Source: Tubiluchus corallicola (taxonomy: Eukaryota; Animalia; Priapulida). From it: DNA of 17,112 nt. The DNA is taken from assembly GCA_030141605.1 (NCBI GenBank), contig JAQGDQ010002039.1, positions 1 through 17,112 on the forward strand, read 5' to 3'. Shown piece by piece: positions 9,216-17,112 of this stretch. Made by a program: the position numbers and the translations under genes. The notes beneath the pieces are model-generated. The model did no database searches. It worked only from the letters and a program-made list of their open reading frames with translations, and was not told the DNA's origin. Position 1 is the stretch's first letter. Each line of letters starts with the position of its first letter.

Positions 9216-9440
9216 GCCTAAAACAACCAGTTTTAAAAACCATTTTATATATTGTTGCGGAGCCCTCCCCTATATTGTCACCGCTTTTATAGCAAGTGAC
9301 CTTGCGCATGCGCAAAGTCAACCTTGACCAAGCGTGGCCGCAACAATATTATACATATATAAGCCATTATACATACCATATATATATATATACCATTATA
9401 TATACATACCATATGTATATATATATATATCTATATACTA
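8942..9440. repeat. Complex TA-rich satellite with a MITE-like palindromic core
   Basis: 27-bp direct repeat CCTAAAACAACCAGTTTTAAAAACCAT (8942-8968, 9217-9243). CCATTATAYATACCATAT units occur in both orientations. A 12-bp IR ATATTGTTGCGG (9249-9260) / CCGCAACAATAT (9338-9349) encloses the 24-bp near-palindrome TGACCTTGCGCATGCGCAAAGTCA (9297-9320). Confidence 0.8.
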
Positions 9441-9442
9441 TA

Positions 9443-10001
9443 CGGTGTCTCAAAAGTCACTGTGCGCTTTGATTTCTAATTTTCCTTTTAAATTTTTCTC
9501 CAAACTCAGCAAGCTCTCACGTGAATCAGAAGGGGCCTTTGGCAATTCTTTTTCTTTATTTTTGACTGAAAATCCGTTGCTATGGTGATGACAGTAGCGT
9601 TAGAAACTTGGTGCAAAATCAACCTGGCGTGAGGTAAGGCTCTTTCGATCACCAACCGAAGTTCAGTGGAAAATCAGAGCATCATATGGACCGCATTGTT
9701 CTCTCACTGTTAACAATGTAGTTTTTCAACAAAATGCAGCCCTTCCTCATGGGTCTGTAAGAGACTTTCTCAAGATGCTCGACTTGTCATTGGATTGGAT
9801 CAGTTTTGAGCTTCCTAGAGGGGGTAGCGAAACAGCAACACCTGCAAATGCAGTAGTTCTTTAGAGATTTTTGTTTAATATGACTAAAGAATTGCCATTG
9901 CCAATGTTTCAGTACATCTGTGCCAATTTTCAAACATTTTTCTTCCTTTGTTAAAAAATATACAAAAATAGAAAGTGTGTAGTGACTTTTGGGACACCCA
10001 G
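9443..10001 (+). mobile_element. Internally deleted Tc1/mariner element (DUF4817/rosa-like transposase remnants)
   Basis: TIRs TA|cggtgtctcaaaagtcactgtgcgcttt and aaagtgtgtagtgacttttgggacacccag|TA, with TA at 9441-9442 and 10002-10003. Internal remnants: SPTEVQWKIRASYG (9649-9690), FQQNAALPHGSVRDFL (9724-9771; cf. FQQDGAPPH..VRxFL) and a frameshifted WIG (9791-9799). Confidence 0.85.
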
Positions 10002-10297
10002 TATATAAATTTATTGCTTTCCCCACAATTGGTTTCACAGAGGATAAAGCACAACACGTCAAAGCCATTGAAACAGGAAGCCATCGTCAACCGTACAAGT
10101 TACAAGTACAACAGGAAGCATTTGTAAACAATGTAATAGTAATGAAGTCGAAGATGAATTATACATGATGCCATAAATATGAACATTGCAGACAGAATAC
10201 GTTCGTACAAATTTATTCTTTATGTCCTGTTTTTCTAGATATCTCTAATGAAGGCAAACTGATTTTTCTAATTGGAACCAATTATGTGGATATTTTA

Positions 10298-10704
10298 ATT
10301 ATTATTATTATTATTATAAGTTTATTTCGTATAAAAATATACAGTTTACAAAGATAAAGATGTTAGTAAAACAGGTAATGCGATATTAGTAAAGTGACAT
10401 ATTAGTAAAGTGACACATTGTAGTTCCCTTGTAATTATATTACATTATACAGTGTTGTAAGGAGCTATAATAGATGTCTTAAAACATAATCTTTAAATGA
10501 GTTCTTAACCTTTAATTTTACATTTTGGTTTAGATCTACAGTACAACCATATTTAAATCTTAAATTTACTTGACTGTTATTTATATAGTGAAATAGCTTT
10601 GGAATTCTCAATGTGCAAGAGTTTACAATTTTTCTCACAAAGTTTAATTTTCGACTATCTATTAAATAATTCACAGGCATTGTGCCACAAAAATACATTA
10701 ACAA
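10298..10704 (-). mobile_element. 5'-truncated non-LTR retrotransposon 3' end (ORF2 C-terminus, UTR, tail)
   Basis: ORF 10465..10704 (YFCGTMPVNYLIDSRKLNF) resembles invertebrate LINE ORF2 C-termini. On the minus strand it is followed by AATAAA (10321-10326) and a (TAA)n tail (10298-10316). Clade undetermined. Confidence 0.65.
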
Positions 10705-11374
10705 TATTGTGTGTAACTATGTGAAATATTGCTTTAATAGGTCAGGAATTTAATTATTAATATCTAAACGGATGCTGCACCAATAATCTAAATTGTGTGT
10801 TTATATTAATGTTATACGGGTTTTATACATCAATGTGTCATGTCGTCCTATGTTTGTAAATTTGCAAATATTTTTGTTTTTTATAAATGCCTTTATTGTA
10901 CTTTTGTGAGCGTGTGTGTTATAAATTATTGGTTTTAATTGTTACAGGCTTAATAAAAACATCTGTAACTCTGTTAACCACTTACATTTTGGCATTTAGT
11001 AGCACCTAGACATGCAAACAACATCAACGTACAAGGCTGTAACACTGAACTTGCAAAATAATTTAACCTCATGACTTACAAAAGCCGTAGAAAAAAACTA
11101 ATATGGTTAATATATGCACCTAGCTTACACATTTAACGTATTCAACCAGTTTATGTCAATTTAACCAACACAGCGTACACACATCTAAAAACAATTTTAC
11201 ATCCTACATAACATCAATTTATGACCAGGAAATACTCCGGGGACATTTAAATAACAATCACAATATAACAATATGCCAATGACTGTAAACTATTTGTACC
11301 AATATTTGTATATGTGTTCTGGTACCCAATAAATACATCAAATATATCAACACGTAAATAGAAGTCCATTCAAA

Positions 11375-11560
11375 TATTTATTTATTATTATTATTATCAC
11401 ATTCAGTACAATATAATGACATTAAGCACACATTGACATCAAAATTATTACGTCATACTGTATTAAATTGTCATGTTTCATTCACTATCGTTATCATAAA
11501 AGAACAATTGTACTGCAGTGGGCTAGAGAAGCAAAGGCTTGTATAAGCGCACTGTCATGT
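11375..11560 (-). mobile_element. Probable L2/Crack-like LINE 3' UTR remnant
   Basis: The minus strand reads tatacaagcctttgcttctctagcccactgcag (11513-11545), resembling L2/Crack 3'-UTR motifs as recalled. It ends in a (TAA)/(TAAA) tail at 11375-11396. Confidence 0.4.
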
Positions 11561-11799
11561 GAACCAGATAAAAAAGGACTAATATGAGGCTTACAAGTAA
11601 ATCTAATTAAATATCTAAATTTGTAAGTATACCCTATTGTCAGTCTACACACAATTAATGAAAACTTCATGTTCCATCTTGTAACACGTCAGCATCATAA
11701 ATTTGCATAACTCTATGACACAGCTTCAATGCTTTCACGTAGATTTGAATGACTGAAAATGGTGTAAGTTTCAGAAAAACCAAAGTTGGAGTATCTTAT

Positions 11800-11964
11800 A
11801 CGTGCCGGTGGAGGTGGAGGCAGATAGCTTCTATGGCAGCTTCTTCTTTTTGTTGCTCCATACCTTAAAGGGCACTCCGCCGTTCTACGGTTAGTCCTTA
11901 AATCTTGAGAACGTTTCCGACGCCCCCACATTCTTCATGGCAGAAACAACTTGCATTCTGGTAC
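11800..11964 (-). pseudogene. Decayed coding-like segment after a splice acceptor (TE accessory gene or host exon)
   Basis: GC-elevated island starting at acceptor tttacgcAG|G (11964). The pieces read VPE / ASC / LP*RMWGRRKRSQDL..ECPLRYGATKRR..YLPPPPPAR. All three frames from the acceptor hit a stop. Confidence 0.3.
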
Positions 11965-12194
11965 CTGCGTAAAGTCTATACACAAGTAAGATATGTGATG
12001 ATGATAGCCAAGTTTGATATGTGAGAAATCAAAGTATACAATAGCAGCATTAATGAGATACTTTGAAATGGCTTTAAGATGGCTTTCAGTGAATTTGGCA
12101 ACAACAAATCGACTGCATGTTGTGCAATTATTACCACGAATATCTTCTGCTAAAGAACATTCACACAAGACATGACATTGAGTTTGCACCCCAT

Positions 12195-12463
12195 CCACCC
12201 CATATGCTACCAACTGAAATCTGTAGCATTTTACATTTTAGACGAAAATATGATAATTTTTATATCCTTCCTTACTTTGAAATACGGTAAAAATAATACA
12301 TTTTGACACATGTAATAGTGCCAAAGCGTTTCCGTTAATTAAATAATTGGTTGAAACATTAATTAACGGTGGACGAGCCTAATTAGTGATGACATCACAA
12401 CTGAACGTAATTTTCAACAGCATGAACTGAGAGGTTGCACCTGTTTTTCTGCAACGTTACGTG
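12195..12463 (-). repeat. Interspersed repeat copy B, inverted relative to copy A
   Basis: See copy A. It contains an internal 11-bp hairpin CCGTTAATTAA (12332-12342) / TTAATTAACGG (12359-12369). Confidence 0.85.
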
Positions 12464-12964
12464 TCTAGACCACAATGACATTCTGTTTTCTCTAGATGTT
12501 ATTGGTCTATTCCATTGTTATTTACAATAATGGCTCAATTATGAATAGATTGTCTCACTCGAGAAAACTGAAAATGGTGTCTCTCTTTATAGCATAACTT
12601 CCTACTCAAGACTATAGGCTAGTATATGCTGCAGCCTAGGACCCCTGAAGCTTGTGTAACACTTGGTAAAAAGTCTGTGTTTCACTACGGTTGTGTTGAA
12701 ATTCGTGTTAATTTGCTTTGCAATAAATAGTAAAATACTGATATTTGTTAAAGAATATTTTCATTGACAAACAAAATTTATTTATTTTAGTTTATTTAAG
12801 CAATTTTACAATAAGTTTACTTCAAGCTATGTAAATGTCACAAAAATATATCACGAGTAAAAATATTCAAGACGGGTGGGGGCGATTAGAGGGTTTCTCT
12901 TTTTGATTTGTAGCAATAAGATGTTACCATAGTATTCGTTATTGTGTAGTAGCAACTATTGACA

Positions 12965-13913
<949 letters not shown>

Positions 13914-14464
13914 TGCGCATGCGCTCTTAGAACCCACGACACCTATCTCAAAATAACTACGCAATACTCATCAGCCACTGGTTTACGAGCGGTTATTTTG
14001 CAGAGTTTAACTTGAGGCAGCTCATTAAGCCTAACCATATAGCTAACTACGTATAAATGTTTTGAGCAAAATGGTCGTTTCGGACGTAATTATCTCTGAG
14101 CGTGTTCTTCCTGTTAGTTAAAACCGCATTAATCACCTGGGGAAGCTGAACTGTTGATGGGATAATGATGCGAACGCGTTATTTACAAATGTCAGGATGT
14201 AAAAGATTAAACCAGCGATTCGTCCGATTTAAAAATTGCGCAAGATTATTCGATCTTCTGGTATCAATTGTTTTAGAAAACATTCGTAGTTAGAATGTGT
14301 TAATTAGCAATATATTCACAGTGCTAAGTTGTATATAGGAATTAACAATATGTTACGTCACTCAAAGCTGACCTGTTTAGTAGTATCAATTCGAGGTTAA
14401 ATACGTTTATCTGCTCTTATCTTTTCCTTATTTTCACTTTTTCTTTTTATTTTCAGTTGGATTG

Positions 14465-14562
14465 CTCTTTCTTTGTTTCTTTCTTTTTCTCTCCCGCTGT
14501 CTCTTTCTCTGTGCGTCTCTTTCTCTCTCTGTCTCTCTCTCTCTCTCCCTCTCCCTCTATCG

Positions 14563-14614
<52 letters not shown>

Positions 14615-14722
14615 CGCTGTCTCTTTCTTTATAACTATATATATATATAAACATAGTTCGTTCATTATATATATATATATCTTTTAATATAACTCATTAT
14701 ATATATATATTATATATATATC

Positions 14723-14755
<33 letters not shown>

Positions 14756-14805
14756 TTATATATATATATCCCCTATCCATATACATATATCACTGTCCCT
14801 TTCCT

Positions 14806-14884
<79 letters not shown>
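14465..14884. repeat. Compound (CT)n/(TA)n microsatellite block
   Basis: Alternating CT and TA runs with a recurrent TATCGCTGTCTCT linker. Pure (CT)n at 14807-14882. Confidence 0.95.
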
Positions 14885-14885
<1 letters not shown>

Positions 14886-15270
14886 AGCAACGCGTACATC
14901 AATGTGACAGAATGTCTCCTGTTCTTTTTAGCTACCATTTCCAGGGACCTACGCACTAAATTGTCACGCACTCAGCTTGGATGAAATATTGCTAATATGA
15001 ATCACATAATGTACGCAGATGACGTATGTTTATTGGCGACAAATATTACAGCACTTCAGCGCCTTGATGTCTATGTTTCTGATGCAGACAATTTTAGTGT
15101 AAGATAAATGTAGAAAAAACCAAATTGATGTCTATCAGTTCAAAAAATGCAAGCTTTTGATTACGGTAAAAGTAAACTTAAAAATAATCATTTAAAGAAC
15201 TGTAATGCAGAAAAATATTTGGGACATGTTATATCAAGTTATAATAAAGACGAACTAAGACTAAAGCAGC
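14886..15270 (+). mobile_element. Decayed non-LTR reverse-transcriptase core fragment
   Basis: Translation across frameshifts gives SN-VHQCDRMSPVLF (cf. NGVRQGxxLSPxLF), DLRTKLSRTQLG*NI, NHIMYADDVCLLA (YADD at 15012-15023), ALQRL, INVEKTKLM and KYLGHVISS (15213-15239). These are RT motifs in the correct order. Confidence 0.9.
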
Positions 15271-15585
15271 CCAAGTTGCCACACAGAGACGTGTTACTAT
15301 GATTTAGATTTTACAGGATCTAAGATCAAAATTTGCTAAGTGCTGGGGCCAAATACGTCTTAAAGAAGTGAAAAACTGTATCAGCTGTTGGAAGAAATGC
15401 CTTCGTCCGGTTTGCAGTGAAAATGGTGGACACATAGAACACTTGCTGTAAATTTTAACAATAGTTACATGCAAAGTTCATTCTGGCATTTATTTTTCTG
15501 ACTTTTTGTTTTAAAACTTCTGTATCTTTGGACCAGTTTAAGGGAATGAACAAAAATTTCTGGTGCTTATCAACAATCGCCTGTA
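15271..15585 (+). mobile_element. Tc1/mariner transposase C-terminus with probable right end
   Basis: 15311-15451 translates as LQDLRSKFAKCWGQIRLKEVKNCISCWKKCLRPVCSENGGHIEHLL*, a typical Tc1/mariner C-terminus. The element appears to end ...cctg|TA (15584-15585). Confidence 0.8.
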
Positions 15586-15595
15586 ACATCAACAT

Positions 15596-16380
15596 GATAT
15601 TCATATTTGATATTTATTGGTGCAAAATACATACAATACACGAAAAAAACAAAAAACATATATACAATTTCAATTTTGAAATGTCGTGACACTACAGACA
15701 AACAAGCAAACAATCACTAATAAAACAAATATTATTAAATCTTCCTGTTACTTATTTTAGTTATTTGAATGAAAAGTTTAATGATTAGCATTTAAAATAA
15801 ATTGCCACTCAGATGGCCTCATTTTCAATGATACGATTGTATATTCTTCATCATGTTTTAAAAACGTTTTTTCAACATAACCAATAAACACCTTAATTAC
15901 TTCTATATCATTACTTCCCATCAAGAATAAAAATGCATCACCATCGTGCATAAGGAAAAATTCTGGTATATTACGTTGATGTGATTATATAATTTTCCTC
16001 TAAGATCATTGTAATATGGGCATTTTATAACAAAGTGTGATTCGTCTTCGTTTTCATTTCTTAAACAGTATGTGCATATACGATTCTCAGCTGGGATTTT
16101 TCCAGGTTTAACGTACTCCCCCTCTTTCAATACACAAAGTATGAGACCTGATTCTCAGTTTTGTAAATTTTGTTATAGCATATTTGGAATAACCAGAAAG
16201 TAAATAGTTTTCTAGTTAATATTGTTTTTTGAAGGGTTTTGATGTGTTTGAAGTTTGTTTTGTTCGTCAGATTTGTTGTATCATTAAACCAACATTTCTA
16301 CTTTTGCTAAGCTTACTTTTAAATTCTCTTGGATCATCCATGAATCATAAACTCCTGCACTGCAAAATAGAATCACTAAG
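15596..16380 (-). mobile_element. RTE-X-like non-LTR retrotransposon 3' portion with a C-terminal zinc-knuckle domain
   Basis: The minus strand reads FKKQY*LENYLL, TKLRIRSHTLCIERG (TKLRIRSH at 16141-16164), RICTYC..EDESHFVIKCPYYNDLR (ORF 15921..16130) and a frameshifted AFLFLM. AATAAA at 15613-15618 precedes a short repeat tail. The 5' boundary is approximate. Confidence 0.8.
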
Positions 16381-16446
16381 TTACTTTACTTCAATTTGGG
16401 GCAAGGTCAGATGTGAACTGTAATTATGACGACCAGCAAGATATGA

Positions 16447-16644
16447 GTCTTCTGTCCATTTCACAGTGAAGACGCGAGGCAAAATTCCTCGAGGAGCGAC
16501 ATTCCTTGTGGTTCATTGTCTTCTATGTCCCCTTGCACAGTGAAGACGCGAGGCAATTCCTTGTGCAATTCCTCGTGAAGAATTCTCCTGCCAGCTAGAA
16601 GCTATGCGTTCTCCTCGTGAGGAATTCTGCTGCCAGCTAGAAGC
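16447..16644. repeat. Two adjacent tandem duplications, probably within a non-autonomous DNA element
   Basis: CACAGTGAAGACGCGAGGCAA at 16462 and 16536 (period 74). CCTCGTGARGAATTCTSCTGCCAGCTAGAAGC at 16571 and 16613 (period 42). Confidence 0.8.
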
Positions 16645-17084
16645 ACGTTAATTTTCAAGCGCTTCTGATGATATCGTGATCAAAATTCAGGCACATTTTT
16701 TGGGCCACCAAATATGTTATGCCACTGTATGATGTGTACGTGTAGCTTGGCTGCAAAACTAAACCAGATACTGAATTACACAGGTAGAACAGGCTGCAGT
16801 TTTTATTTATCTGATTACAGTAATCACCCGCACAGGTAATCAGCTCACCTGTAATCAATATACATCTACCTGGGCTTCACAACAAGGTAATTAAGTTTGC
16901 TTGTCATTTTACCTGTCACGTAAGGCCTATAATTGGCACATTAAGGCAGCAAACAGGAATCCGTCTTAATTGTTGGTATGAGAGACATTTAGACGATGCA
17001 ACGTTTTGTGGGGACGGGGGAGTCTGTCTGTAGGATTGCTGACATTCACAGCATAAAGAAGTTTGTGAGAAGTGTTTGAGAAAC

Positions 17085-17112
17085 GAGAAAAAGAGGAAGA
17101 GAGAGAGAGAGA
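17085..17112. repeat. Start of a GA-rich/(GA)n tract, truncated by the window end
   Basis: Directly visible. Confidence 0.85.

Noticed and set aside
8859-9588. YI-repeat ORFs
   Set aside because: Translations of (TA)n.
10986-11005. Minus-strand 20-nt micro-exon (tag|GTGCTACTAAATGCCAAAAT|gtaagt)
   Set aside because: The splice signals are plausible, but there is no supported partner exon and such matches are expected by chance in AT-rich DNA.
16229-16858. ORFs 16229..16423 and 16655..16858 as genes
   Set aside because: The first is antisense to the LINE relic. The second has a non-ATG start, no motifs and lies in repeat-like sequence.

Overview
AT-rich eukaryotic, probably invertebrate, non-coding DNA. 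There is no prokaryotic gene structure, CRISPR array, rRNA or complete tRNA. Most ORFs in the track come from simple repeats. The window is mostly tandem repeats: a 24-copy 56-bp minisatellite plus (TA)n, (CA)/(CACG)n, (GAA)n, (TTTC)n and (CT)n tracts. It also holds decayed, nested transposons: Tc1/mariner derivatives, several non-LTR retrotransposon fragments (an RT core with YADD, an RTE-X-like C-terminus, 3' tails), a likely Crypton/DUF3504 tyrosine-recombinase relic interrupted by a Harbinger-like MITE, and a diverged inverted repeat pair spanning about 4.5 kb. The only host-gene signal is a 60-nt plus-strand exon candidate (4596-4655). Joined to a 25-nt candidate (170-194), it would encode a signal-peptide-like N-terminus. 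TE family calls rest on motifs recognised by eye, not on database searches. I cannot support a new biological system from sequence alone; the leads below are hypotheses.
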